Below are positions 50,722 through 63,257 of a stretch of DNA of 64,000 nt, in pieces. A program made the position numbers and the translations under genes. Each line of letters opens with the position of its first letter. Position 1 is the stretch's first letter. A model generated the notes under the pieces. It was not told where the DNA came from. It worked only from the letters and a program-made list of their open reading frames with translations, and made no database searches. The stretch is from Mobula hypostoma (Eukaryota), in NCBI RefSeq assembly GCF_963921235.1, contig NC_086097.1, positions 182,592,001 through 182,656,000 of the forward strand. Direction: 5' to 3'.

Positions 50722-53700
50722 GTGGGTCACTCCGCGCAGTTCTAGGGTGGGACCTCTCAACCACCACTGAGGGAATTGGATTGGTGTGAATGATGGGGAA
50801 TGTCAGTACAGTCTTGTGGGCCGAAAGACCTGTGACCAGGTTTTGTGTGTGTGTGTATGTGTGTGTACTATATATATATATAAAATATAGACACACACAC
50901 ACACACATAAAACAAACTCACAACAGAACACACGAACTGCTGCCTCTGAGACCCGGGTTCAATCCTGACCTCTGGTGCTGTCTTTGTGGAGTTTGCTCAT
51001 TCTCCCTGTGACTGTGTGAGTTTCCACGAGGTGTTCAGTTTTCTCTCATGTGGGCTGGTGTGTTTGTTGTCTGCTATGATTTACCCCAATGGTGGAATCT
51101 GGGGGAGCGAGGGAAAAGGGCTGTACATTTGTCTGTTAGGTCTGAACTGAGGTTGTGAATGAGGTCCTCAGTGTGTACCTGGCATTGGTATTCACCAGGG
51201 TCGATATGGGTAAAAGTAAGATGAGGGAGGGGGTGTTGATATTCTAGGCATGTCAATGATAAGGAGGAGGAGTTGTACACTGTGTTCTGTAAAACATTAT
51301 GGTGAATAACTCCAGGACCTGAAGAGATTTATCCCAAGATACTGAAGGACAGGATTAATTTGGAAAGGCAGGCATTGATGAGTCAGCAAGGCCAGACACA
51401 GAGCAGGGAGGTGTGCTGCAACTGTGTACAATACCACAGCTGGAGCACTGGGACAGTCCTGGTCTCCACATTCCAGGAGAAATATGATCGCACTAGAGAC
51501 GGTGCAGCGGGGATTTTCAGGATGCTGCAGGACTGGAAAATTGTAGATGACGAGGCTTTGACGAGGCTGAGATGTATAAAATAATGAGGTGGGTGAGATG
51601 GAGTCAATGTGAAAGATCACTTTCACTCAGCAAAGGTCACAGCTGGGGAAACAAGTTTTTGAGTAATTGGGAAAAAGATTAGAGGAGAAAATGGGATAAA
51701 ATGGTTGTCTTTGCACGAGAGGATGCATAAAACTTGATGAACATCCAGTCAAGCTAGTCCTAGTTGCCTTGTTTGGTCCATAACTCTTTCCCATTCATGT
51801 ACCTATCCAGCTGTCTTTTGAAAGTTGTTATTGTACCTGTCTCAACCTCTTCCTCTAACTGTTGATTCTACATACACCATCCTTTGTTTTTAAATAAGGG
51901 AGGGGTGCTTCAAGTTCCTATTAAACTTACGGCCTCTAGTTCTTGATTTGCCTACCCTGGAAAATAGTCTAATAAAAAACTTCCCACTATCATCCTTTGC
52001 TTCCTACCATCAAGCCAACCATGTATCCAGTTCGCCAGCTCTTCCTGGGTTGCATGAGATCCAACTTTTCACAGCAGCCTACCATGTGGAAACTTATCAA
52101 AGGCCTTACTGAAGTTCATAAACCATGTCTACTGCCCTACCCTCAAATTTCAAAGTTCAAATAAATTTGCTATCAAAGTATAGATATGTTATCATATACT
52201 ATCTTGAGATACATTTTCTTGCAAGAATTTGCAGGAAAAAAGATATACAATAACATTTAATGAAAACTAATATGTAAACAAAGACTGACAAACAACTAGC
52301 GGGGAGCCTAATGGTTGTAGGGAAATAACTGTTCCTGAACTTGGTGGTATGGGACTTAAGGCTTCTATACCTCCTGCCCAATGGCAGTAGTGAGAAGATG
52401 TTGTGGCCTGGATAGTGGGGGTCTTTGATGTTTTTGGTTTCTTCTTCAAAAACTCGGTCAAATTGGTGTCACATGATATTCCACACACAAAGCCAGCTGA
52501 CTATCTCTGACCAACCCCTGTATTTCCAAATGCTGGTAATGATGCGTCAAGTGCTGGAACATTGGAGGGTGGGTAATGTTGTCCCTTTATTTCAGAAGAG
52601 CTGTAAAGTAAAACCTGGGAACTGTAGATAGCCTAACATCTGTAATAGGCAGGTTACTGAAAGGGATTGTGAAGGATAAGACCTATATCATGTACTTCTG
52701 GAAGGTCAGAAGTCAATTAGGGAGAGTCAGTATGGCTTTGTGCTTGGGAGTTCATGTCTCACAACTTTGAGTTTTTTGAAGTAACCAAGAAGGTCAATGA
52801 GAACAGAGTAGTAGGCATAAGACCATAAGACATAGGAGCAGAATTAGCTCATCTGGCCCATTGAGTCTGCTCTGCCATTCAACCATGGCTGATCCTTTTT
52901 TCCTCCTCCTCAACCCCAGTTCCCGGTCTTCGTCCCATAATCTTTGATGCCAAGTCCAATCAAGATCCTAACAGTCTCTGCCTTAAATACACCCAATAAC
53001 CTGGCCTCCACAGCTGCATGTGACAACAAATTCCACAAATTCACCACCCTAAGGAAATTTTTCCGCATCTCTGTTTTGAAAGGGTGCCCCTCATCTTGAG
53101 GCTGTGTCTCATCCTTTCCACATTTACTCTGTCTAGACCTTTCAACATTCAAAAGCTTTCAATGAGATCCCCTCCTCTGAATTCCAGCGAGTACAGACCT
53201 CGAGCTATCAAACGTTCCTCATATGATAACCCTTTCATTCCTGGAATCATCCTTGTGAACCTCCTCTGGACCCTCTCCAATGTCAGCACATCTTTTCTAA
53301 GATGAGGGGTGCAAAACTGTTCACAATACTCAAGGTGAGGCCTCACCAGTGCCTTTTAAAGCCTCAGCATCACATCCTTGTTGTTCTATTCTAGACCTCT
53401 TGAAATGAATGCTAACATGGCATTTGCCTTCCTCACCACCGACTCAACCTGCAAGTTACCTTTAAGCTGTTCTGCACAAGAACTCCCAAGTCCCTTTGCA
53501 TCTCAGATTTTTGGATTTTCTCCCCATTTAGAAAATAGTCTGCACATTTATTTCTACTACCGAAGTGCATGACCATGCATTTTCCAACATTGTATTTCAC
53601 TTGCCACTTTCTTGCCCATTCTCTAAATCTGTCTCAGTCCTTCTGCAGCCTTCCTGTTTCCTCAACACTGCCTGCCCCTCCAGCAATCTTCGTATCATCT

Positions 53701-55664
53701 ACAATCTTGGCAACAAAGCCATCTATTTCATCATCTAAGTCATTCGTATTCAGCATAAGAAGAAGTGATCCCAACACTGACACCTGCGGAACACCAACAA
53801 TCACTGGTAGCCAACCAGATGAGGATGCTTTTATTCCCACTCACTGCCTCCTACCAATCAGCCAATGCTCTAACCATGGTAGTAACTTTCCTGTAATACC
53901 ATGGGATCTTAACTTGGTAAGCAGCCTCACATGTGGTATCTCGTCAAAGGCCTTCTGAAAGTCCAAATGTACAACATCCATTACATTCCCTTTATCTATC
54001 CTACTTGTAATCTCCTCAAAGAATTCCTACAGGTGTGTCAGGCAGGATTTTCCCTGAAGGAAACCACGCTGACTCTGCACTATCTTGTCCTGTGTCACCA
54101 AGCACTCCATCAACTCTTCCTTAACAATTGACTCTAACATCTCCCCAACCACTGAGGTCAAGCTAGCTGGTCTATAATTTCCTTTCTGCTGCCTTCCTCC
54201 TTTCTAAACGAGTGGAGTGACATTTACAATCTTCTAGTCCTCTGGCACCATGCCAGGGTCCAATCAATTTTGAAAGATCATTTCTAATGCCACCACCATC
54301 TCAAACGCTACCTCTTTCAGATCCCCAGGGTGCAGTTCATCTGGTCCGGATGACTTATGTACCTTTGCTCTTGTAATAGTAACTGCACCCACTTCTCTTC
54401 CTTCACACACTACAACGTCAGGCACACTGCTAGTGTCTTCCACAGTGAAGACTAATGCAGAACACTCACTTAGTTCATCAGCCATCTCCTTGTCCCCCGA
54501 TATTATTTCTCTGGCCTCATTTTCTTGCAGTCCCGTATCCACTCTCAGTTCTCTTTTATTTTTATACTTGGGGGAAAAAAGCTTTTTATATCCACTTTGA
54601 TATTATTTCCTAGCTTGCTTTCATAGTTCATCTTTTCCCTTCTAATGATTTTTTAGTCGCTCTCAGTAGTTTTTAAAAACTTCCCAATCCTCTATCTTCC
54701 CACTAACTTTTGTTTTGTCGTATGCCCTTTCTTTTGTTTTTTACAATAGCTTTGAGTTCCCTTACCAGCCATGGTTGTACTATTTTACCATTTGAGTATT
54801 TCTTCATTTTTGGAATATATATGTCCTGCACCTTCCTCATTTTTCCCAGAAACGCACGCCATTGCTGCTCTGCTAACATCCCAGCCAGAAGCTCTTTTCA
54901 ATTTACTTTGGCCAACTTCTCTGTCATATCACTGTAATTTCCCTTACCACTGAAATACTGCTACATCAGACTTTACTTTCTCTTTATCAAATTTCAAGTT
55001 GAATTCCATCATATTGTGATCACCGGGACCTAAGGGTTCTTTTACCTTAAGCTCCCTAATCATCTCTGGTTCATTACATAACACTCAATCCAGTATAGCT
55101 GATCCCCTGGTAGGCTGAATAACAAACTGCTCGAAAAAGCCATCTCTTAGGCATTCAACAAACTCACTCTCTTGAGATCCATTACCAATCTGATTTTCCC
55201 AATCGACCTGCATGTTAAAATGTTGCATGACTACCATAACATTGCCCTTTTGACACGCCTTTTCTATTTCCTGTTGTAATCTGTGGTCCACCTCCCAGCC
55301 ACTGTTGGGAGGCCTGTATATAACTGCCATCAGGGTCCTTTTACCCTTGCAGTTTCTTTACTCAACCCACAAGGATTCAACATCTTTTGATCCTATGTCA
55401 CATCTTTCTACTGATTTGATGACATTCTTTACCAGTAGATCCACACCACCCCCTCTGCCTATCTTCCTATCCCTCTAACATAATGTGTAATCTTGGACAT
55501 TCAGCTCCCAACTAGAACCATCCTTCAGTAATGGCTACAACATCATACCTGGCAATCTGTAATATTGCAACAAGATCATCCACCTTATTTCTTATACTAG
55601 CGCATTTAGATACAACACCTTGAATATCACATTTGCTGTCCTTTCTGAGTCTGCATTCTTAACG

Positions 55665-56585
55665 TTTTCTTTCTTTTTAAATCTTTTTATTAATTTTCTA
55701 AAATTAGGCATCCGTTAGTCTTGCGAGACCATGGATCTGCACCTGGAAAGTCTTCACTCTCCAGGGCGCAGGCCTGGGCAAGGTTGTATGGAAGGCCAGC
55801 AGTTGCCCATGCTGTAAGTCTCCCCTCTCCACGACACCAATGTTGTCCAAGAGAAGGGCATTAGGACCCATACAGCTTGGCAGCAGTGTCGTCGCAGAGC
55901 AATGCATGATTAAGTGCCTTGCTCAAGGACACAACACGTTCCCTCGGCTGGGGCTCGAATTCACGACCTTCAGGTAGCTAGTCCAATGCCTTAACCACTT
56001 GGCCATGTGCCCACACATTTTCCAAAATTATAAACAGAATAACAATATTAATACAGAGAGATTGGAATAATCTTATCGTTGATAAACATGTACAAAAAAG
56101 ATTTCAAATAATACAGGTGTAATAGACTTCCAAACTCTTAATATAGTCAATCATAGAGAAAAAATAATACAAAGAAAACCACCCCCCAAAAAAAACAAAA
56201 AAAACTAAATACTAAACCCCAGAAAAAGCGCAAACGGAACAAGACAAGGCTGGACCAATATCTTAAATCGAACACGTTCAATAATGTCGTCAACTCCGCT
56301 CCTCTATTCATATATATTAAGTTAATAAGAAAGATTCGGAAAGGTCAAATTACATCATATGAAAATGTTGAATAAATGGTTTCCAATCTCTTCTAATTTA
56401 ACCAAAGGACCAAAAATGTCACTTCTGATTTTTTCTAGATTTAAACATGATATAGTTTGGGAAAACCAGTGAAATGTGGTAGGATGGTTGGTCTCCTTCC
56501 AGTTCAATAAAATGGATCCTCTGGCCATTAAAGTAACAAACTTAATGTTTTGATACTCAGCCTGTTGGCTGCAAATAAGTCCCAT
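55665..56585 (-). mobile_element. L1-clade LINE 3' end
   Basis: LMARGSILLNWKETNHPTTFHWF...LEKIR resembles an L1 ORF2 C-terminus; T-rich 3'UTR and A-rich tail on the minus strand. Confidence 0.65.
55704..56017 (-). mobile_element. tRNA-derived SINE
   Basis: Minus strand reads TGGCCAAGTGGTTAAGGC (A box) ... GAATTCGAGCCC (B box-like), then TGTGTCCTTGAGCAAGGCACTTAA. Confidence 0.8.
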
Positions 56586-57199
56586 CACCTGCCTGCCCTT
56601 CCTGACAGTCTGACCTGCACGTTATTTTCACTTTTTTTTAAACCATCCGTCCTATCCTGAGTCCCTTCACTCTGGTTCCCACCCCCTGCCAAATTAGCTC
56701 TAGCAAACCTGCCCGCAAGAATACTGGCCCCCACCCCCACCCCTTGGGTTAAGGTGCAACCTGTCACTTTTGAACAGGTCATACCTTCCCCAGAAGAGAT
56801 CCCAATAATCCAAGAACCTGAAGCCCTGCCCCCCTCACCAGCTTCTCAGCCATATGCATTTATCTGCCAAGTCATCCTGTTTCTACCCTCACTGGCATAG
56901 GCAGCAATCCAGAAATTACTACCCGGGAGGTCCTGCTTCTCAACATTCTACCTAGCTCTCTAAATTCTCTTTTCAAGACCTCTGTGCTTTTCCTTCCTAT
57001 ATTATTGGTACCAATACATACCAAGACATCTGGCTACTCTCCCTCCCTCTCCAAAATGTTGTGGACACGTTCTGAGACGTCCTTGACCCTGGCACCTGGG
57101 AGGCAACATACCACCCGAGTACCCTGGTCATGTCCACAGAATCTTTTGTTTGTTCCCTTCGCTATTGAGTCCGTAGTACTATTGAGACATAGTACATGT

Positions 57200-59640
57200 G
57201 GACTTCAAGGTGTTCAATCATAGTCATACTTTATTGATCCCGGGGGAAATTGGTTTTCGTTACGGTTGCACCATAAATAATAAATAGTAATAAAACCATG
57301 AATAGTTAAATAGTAATATGTAAATTATGCCAGTAAATTATGAAATAAGTCCAGGACCAGCCTATTGGCTCAGGGTGTCTGACCCTCTAAGGGAGGAGTT
57401 GTAAAGTTTGATGGCCACAGGCAGGAATGACTTCCTATGACGCTCTGTGTTGCATCTCAGTGGAATGAGTCTCTGGCTGAATGTACTCCTGTGCCCAAAC
57501 AGTACATTATGTAGTGGATGGGAGACATTATCCAAGATGGCATGCAACTTAGACAGCATCCTCTTTTCAGACACCACCATGAGAGAGTCCAGTTCCATCC
57601 CCACAACATCACTGGCCTTACGAATGAGTTTGTTGATTCTGTTGGTGTCTGCTACCCTCAGCCTGCTGCCCCAGCACACAACAGCAAACATGATAGCACT
57701 GGCCACCACATCCTCAGCATCGTCCGGCAGATGTTAAAGGACCTCAGTCTCCTCAGGAAATAGAGACGGCTCTGACCCTTCTTGTAGACAGCCTCAGTGT
57801 TCTTTGACCAGTCCAGTTTATTGTTAATTCGTATCCCCAGGTATTTGTAATCCTCCACCATGTCCACACTGACCCCCTGGATGGAAACAGGGGTCACCAG
57901 TACCTTAGCTCTCCTCAGGTCTACCACCAGCTCCTTAGTCTTTTTCACATTAAGCTGCAGATAATTCTGCTCACACCATGTGACAATGTTTCCTACCGTA
58001 GCCCTGTACTCAGCCTCATCTCCCTTGCTGATGCATCCAACTATGGCAGAGTCATCTGAAAACTTCTGAAGATGACAAGACTCTGTGCAGTAGTTGAAGT
58101 CCAAGGTGTAAATGGTGAAGAGAAAGGGAGACAAGACAGCCCCCTGTGGAGCCCCAGTGCTGCTGATCACTCTGTCGGACACACAGTGTTGCAAGCACAC
58201 GTACTGTGGTCTGCCAGTCAAGTAATCAAGAATCCATGACACCAGGAAAGCATCCACCTGCATCGCTGTCAGCTTCTCCCCCAGCAGAGCAGGGCGGATG
58301 GTGTTGAATGCACTGGAGAAGTCAAAAAACATGAACCTCACAGTGCTCGCTGGCTTGTCCAGGTGGGCGTATACACAGTTCAGCAGGTAGACGGTGGCAT
58401 CCTCAACTCCTAGTTGGGGCTGGTAGGCGAACTGGAGGGGATCTAAGTGTGGCCTGACCATAGGCCGGAGCAGCTCCAGAACAAGTCTCTCCAGGGTCTT
58501 CATGATGTGGGAGGTCAATGCCACCACTCTGTAGTCATTGAGGCCACTGGGGTGTGGCGTCTTCGGCGCAGGGACAAGGCAGGACATCTTCCACAGTACA
58601 GGAACTCTCCAGAGCCTCAGGCTCAGGTTGAATACATGGCGAAGTACTCCACATAGCTGAGGGGCACAGGCTTTGAGCACCCTGGTACTGACATCATCCG
58701 GTCCTGCAGCTTTGCTTGGGTTGAGACGTTTCAGCTGTCTTCTCACCTGTTCAGCTGTGAAGCCCACCGTGGTGGTTTCGTGTGGGGAAGGGGTATAGTC
58801 ATGAGAGCAGGGTGAGGGACTGTGAGGAGGGGTAGGAGGGGAGAGTGGAATGTGTGTTGGTTGGGGACCGACAACAGATGGCTCGTGGGGGATGGGCAGG
58901 GGCCACAATGTCAAATCTGTTAAAGAACAGGTTAAGTTCATTGGCCCTGTCCACACTGCCTTCAGCTACTCTGTTGCTAGTTTGCCGGAACCCAGTGATG
59001 GTCCTCATCCCCCTCCAGACCCCTCTCTTGTTGTTCTGCTGGAGTTTCCACTCAAGCTTCCTCCTGTACCTGTCTTTAGCCTCCCTGATCCTGGCTTTCA
59101 CGTCCCTCTGTATTGCCCTCAGCTCCTCCCTATTTCCATCTCTAAACGCCCTCTTTTTAGCGTTCAGGATGTCCTTAATGTCCTTTGTCACCCATGGCTT
59201 GTTATTTGAATAACAAAGGACAGTTCTTGTCGGAACATTGCAGTCCACACAGAAGTTGACGTAATCAGTGATGTACTCTGTGAGCCCATCAATATCCTCT
59301 CCATGTGGCTCACAGAGTGCCTGCCAGTCTGTCACCTCAAAACAACCCTGGAGCGCCTCATAAGCCTCCTCCAACCATTTCCTCACTGTCCTCGAGGTTG
59401 CAGGTTTACTCTTCACCAGAGGCATGTAGCAGGGTTTTAGATGCACCAGGTTGTGAACTGACCTTCCCACTGGGGGAGGGGAGAGGAGCTGTATGCTTCC
59501 TTAACGTTAGTGGACATCAAACCCAGAGTCCTCTCCCCTCTGGTTGTACAGCTCACATACTGCGTGGAGCTGGGCAGTGTTCTAGCCATGGTAACATGGT
59601 TGAAGTCACCCGAGATGGTAATGAGGGCACTCGGCAATCA
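57200..59640 (-). mobile_element. 5'-truncated Rex1/Babar non-LTR retrotransposon with a well-preserved RT
   Basis: Overlapping frameshifted ORFs 59437-59637 (SGDFNH), 58799-59470, 57658-58956 (KAAGPD, LNDYRVVALTS, DFSSAFNTI, GAPQG, FSDD) and 57362-57709. Confidence 0.9.
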
Positions 59641-60285
59641 TGTTCCCAATTATTGACCTACCAATATCTCTTAGTAAACTATTTCTTTCCTCTTTCCCAC
59701 CTGTTCCTGTGCTGTTCACACATGTGTATCTTCACTCCCTTCCCCCAAGTCAGGGAAATTTATTGTGAGCAGTTCCATCCCCGGCACTCGTCCTCATGAT
59801 AGCCACAGGTCACCATTACCCCCTCACACTGCCTCCTGCCCGAGGCCAGCCCTCTATCCATGCACCAACACAGCCGTTAGCCTATATCCTCACCTTGTGG
59901 TGGCACCTGGAAAAAAACCTCTGCAACTCCAGATACGGGGAAATTGGAAGCCCTTCCTTACCATTTTCCATCCATCTCTCCCCTTATACATTGATTGTGA
60001 TATTTCCAGCAATGGATGTGGGAAGAGATTAGCCAGTAATTACGTCCTGTTGTTGAACCCTGGTGCCATGTGGACAGTTTGTAGATTCTTTCAATGATCA
60101 TCAGGGTGGATTGGAAGATTTAACCAATGCATCCACTCCCTCTGTACTTACTTCACTTGGCCCAGTGGGCTGTAGGTACCTGGGCTGGGGGCTCCCGCAC
60201 CTCAGGGATTGTGACAGGGCCGTCATGTGGGGATACACTCTTCAGCCCATCTCTGCTGTCCTGACCCCTGCTCTCTGTGTTCCAG

Positions 60286-60513
60286 GGTGTTGCAGGGCAG
60301 ACGTTGGCCCCTTTCTGTGACGGAGATCCGTGGGGGAACAACATGTCGGATGGGTGTGGCCCCCACCCCACCCAGCGTGAGGGGACAGGAGGCGGAGCAC
60401 TGGCTGTTGAAGACTCAGGACACCCTGGACGTCGGCAATCAATGCCCGAGCAGCGGGCAGTCCCCTGGAACATTCCGGAGCCCCGTAGGTTTACCTCTAA
60501 TCCCGGCAGCTAA
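60286..60513 (+). CDS. KCNH2: KCNH2 terminal exon 15 (coding part)
   Basis: gtgttccag|GGT, phase 0. Ends RRQSMPEQ...RRFTSNPGS* (compare hERG RRLSLPGQ...HRHGSDPGS*). Confidence 0.87.
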   Translation, partial: GVAGQTLAPFCDGDPWGNNMSDGCGPHPTQREGTGGGALAVEDSGHPGRRQSMPEQRAVPWNIPEPRRFTSNPGS

Positions 60514-60710
60514 TGGGCTGTGGGTGGGGAGAAGGGGGTGGTCTAGTGGCAGATGAGTGTTCCAGGGAGTCCCAACTGAGACGACAGCAGAAAAGGTTGT
60601 GCGGTAAATTTAACAACTTGCTGGCCTCCCACCTGAAGGCTGAGGAAACACTTCCTTTACTGTTGAATTGGAGATGAAATTACCGACTGCTGATGAACTT
60701 TGGAAGATGA

Positions 60711-60716
60711 TTTAAT
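60711..60716 (-). terminator. Putative AOC1 poly(A) signal ATTAAA
   Basis: tttaat on +; the only AWTAAA seen on the minus strand between the two stop codons. Confidence 0.5.
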
Positions 60717-60732
60717 TCTGTGTTTCAATACG

Positions 60733-60738
60733 AATAAA
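60733..60738 (+). terminator. Putative KCNH2 poly(A) signal AATAAA
   Basis: First AATAAA, about 220 bp after the stop; GT-rich sequence further downstream. Confidence 0.65.
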
Positions 60739-61250
60739 TCCCGAGGTTTCAACCTCACCACTGATGGCGCAGAAACTGTTGGCACTCAGCAGATTAACCA
60801 GTCGCGGAGAGGCCACGTGATGGGGGGAGTTGGATAAGAGTGGTGTGGGTGACTGGGGTGCTTGGGAGAGAGGGTCTAGTGTTTTGGTTTAGGGTGGTGT
60901 GTGAAGGGACGTGTGGAGGGCTGACTCTATTACGGGTGCTGGGGAATGGGTGTTGATGCAACTGTGGATGAGTGATTGTGGGTGACGGAGAGTATTGGTG
61001 CAGGGTGCTGTGGGTTGGTAAGGCCTGAGGAGGGGCAACTGTATCAGGATGTTGGAGCAAGGGGTTGTGTTGGTCTGTTGGGGTTTGGTAAGGTCTGGGC
61101 AGGGTGACTCTGTGAGGGTGTTGGGGGAAGTTGTTGGAGGGTGGCAAGACTTGAAGAGGGGTGACTGTGTGCAGGTGATGGGGGAGGGTTTGGTAAGAAA
61201 TGTGGCTGTCAATTACAGTCCCAGTCCTGCCAGGCCATGGACAGTGCTCT

Positions 61251-61517
61251 TCAGATCGGAAGGTAGGTGCCATTGTAGGTGAAAGGACGAGTGGCTGGAC
61301 ACTGGTGACTGGTAATCTCCGTCCACCTCTTGACATTTACACCGGGCCCATCTGGCCGAACAATAACCACGTCCCGTGAGGCCACTGACGGGTCCTCCTG
61401 GAAGAAGTTGAAGGGGCGGAGGAGAAACCCCACAGCATTTCCTGGAGTGCTGGTGTTAGGAATGTCTTCAGCATGGGGGATGTGTAGGAAGCCGACTGTT
61501 ATCCAGGCAACTAGATC
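61251..61517 (-). CDS. AOC1: AOC1-like copper amine oxidase (diamine oxidase), last coding exon
   Basis: tttcag|GAT. Encodes [49 protein letters not shown]...[11 protein letters not shown], including the C-terminal Cu-ligand His motif (FLHIP). Confidence 0.93.
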   Translation of the reverse strand, partial: DLVAWITVGFLHIPHAEDIPNTSTPGNAVGFLLRPFNFFQEDPSVASRDVVIVRPDGPGVNVKRWTEITSHQCPATRPFTYNGTYLPI

Positions 61518-61784
61518 CTGAAACAGGCAGAAGTGGAGACTCCATCAGTAACCCTGGGAATGACGGGGGGTGAGGGGTGAACGTTCTGGAAAACTCTCTG
61601 CTGGGAGCTGTCACACCTTAAGTACTGTGCACTCTCCCCCCACTGGAGTCAGTTCTGTGTCCTCCAGTCCTCATTCTTGGGTCTGTCCTTTGTCTCCCCA
61701 CATTAACCTGGTGTATCTCTCCTGTTATTAGGGGACATCTCTGCTCCCCATTACTGGAGCCCACTCTTCCCCTCCTCCGACCAT

Positions 61785-62970
61785 TATAGAACATAGAACA
61801 ATACAACACAGTACAGGACCTTTGGACCATGATGTTGTGCTGACTTTTTAACCTACGAAGGTCAATCTAACCCTTTCCTCCCACTTAGCCGTCCACTTTT
61901 TTCATCCATGTGCCTATCTGCTGTTATCCTCCTTCACTCCAAAGAGAAAAGTCCAGCTCACTCAGCCTATCCTCATGGCTTCTTAACCAACATATCAACT
62001 TACATGGCAACTTTGAGAGAACCCCAAGATCCCTCTGTTCCTCTGTACAGCAAAGAATTCTGCCATTAACCTTGTGCTCTGTCTTCAACTTTGACCTTTC
62101 TAATTGAAACACTTCACACTTCTCTGAATTGAACTCCATTTATAGCTGCAGCTGTACACCAATGTGCTGTTGTAACCCACGACAACCTTTCACACAATCC
62201 AAAACACCACTAATCTTTGTGTCATGTGCAAAAATAATAACCCCCTCCCCCCACTTCTTCATCGAAATTGTTTATAAAATTTACAAAGAGCAGGGGGTCC
62301 CAGAATAAATTCTTGTGGAACATCCACTGGTTGCAGATCTCCAGGTAGAATGCACTCCCTCCACTATCACCCTCCGACTTCTGTGGGAAGGGCCGGAAGG
62401 CCAGTCCTGAATCCATGCAGCCAAGTTTCCCTGGATTCCGTGCCTTCTGACTTTCCAAACGAGCCTACTATGAGGGAATGTCAAACGGCTTACTAACATC
62501 CACATACACCACATCTGCTGCTCTGCCTTTGTTTTGTCAAATTGTTTTGTTACTTCCTTGAAAAATTCAATCAGGCTCGTGAAGCACGACCTGCCCCTCA
62601 CAAAGACATGCTGACTGATGCTAATCACACTATGCTTTGCCAGAAGATCATAAATCCTGCCTCTCAGAATCCTCTCCAATCTATCGCCACTAATCACTGG
62701 TCTAAATTCCCAGGGTTATCCCGATTACCTCTCTTCAACAAAGAGATAATATTTGCCACCCTCCAATCTTCTTGTACAACTCCTGTGGCCAGTGAGGACG
62801 CAAAGATCATCACCAAAGACAGGGCAATCTCTTCTCTTGCTTCCTGTAGTAACCTGGGGCATATCCCATCCAGCCCCATGGAACTTTTTCAAAAGTTTCA
62901 GCGTATCATCTTTCTTAACATCGACATGTTCCAGCATATCAGCCTGTTTTATGATGACCTCACTGATGAA
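61785..62970 (-). mobile_element. CR1 LINE fragment in the AOC1 last intron
   Basis: LQEAREEIALSLVMIFASSLATGVVQEDWRVANI; SQHVFVRGRSCFTSLIEFF. Confidence 0.85.
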
Positions 62971-63124
62971 TACTGAAACTAAGTTAAGGCCTCCTCTACC
63001 TCCTCCAATTCCAGGCACATTTCCTCCTTTGTTCCTGGTCGCACTCTCATCAAACAGTGGGGACATTATGAGGAGACATTCGCCCTCCACCCCCCACCGT
63101 TCCCCTCCAACCCTGGATGCCTAC

Positions 63125-63257
63125 CTGGTTGGTGATGTTCTCGTTGTTGTGAATGAATGTCTCGAAGCTGACATTGGGATCCCAGGGGTCGTTCTGCAGG
63201 TAGAGGCTACTGCTGCAACATTCATTCTCCCGGAATTTAGTGACAGCCAAGTGATAC
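63125..63257 (-). CDS. AOC1: AOC1-like penultimate exon
   Basis: gttccag|G...AACCAG|gtaggc on minus; 133 bp. Encodes [44 protein letters not shown] (compare human AOC1 [23 protein letters not shown]...LHNNENIE). Confidence 0.93.

Larger units (their letters stand above)
52815..57170 (-). mobile_element. Long, internally deleted CR1 LINE relic (ORF1 end to 3' tail) with nested L1 fragment and SINE
   Basis: AVIYRPPNSG...RGSAILD (endonuclease), KSSGPDELHP, FVAKIVDDTKI (RT), RPHLEYCEQF; tail near 52815-52835. Confidence 0.85.

Noticed and set aside
55940..56017. tRNA-like sequence
   Set aside because: Head of a tRNA-derived SINE that continues into a SINE body; no complete cloverleaf.
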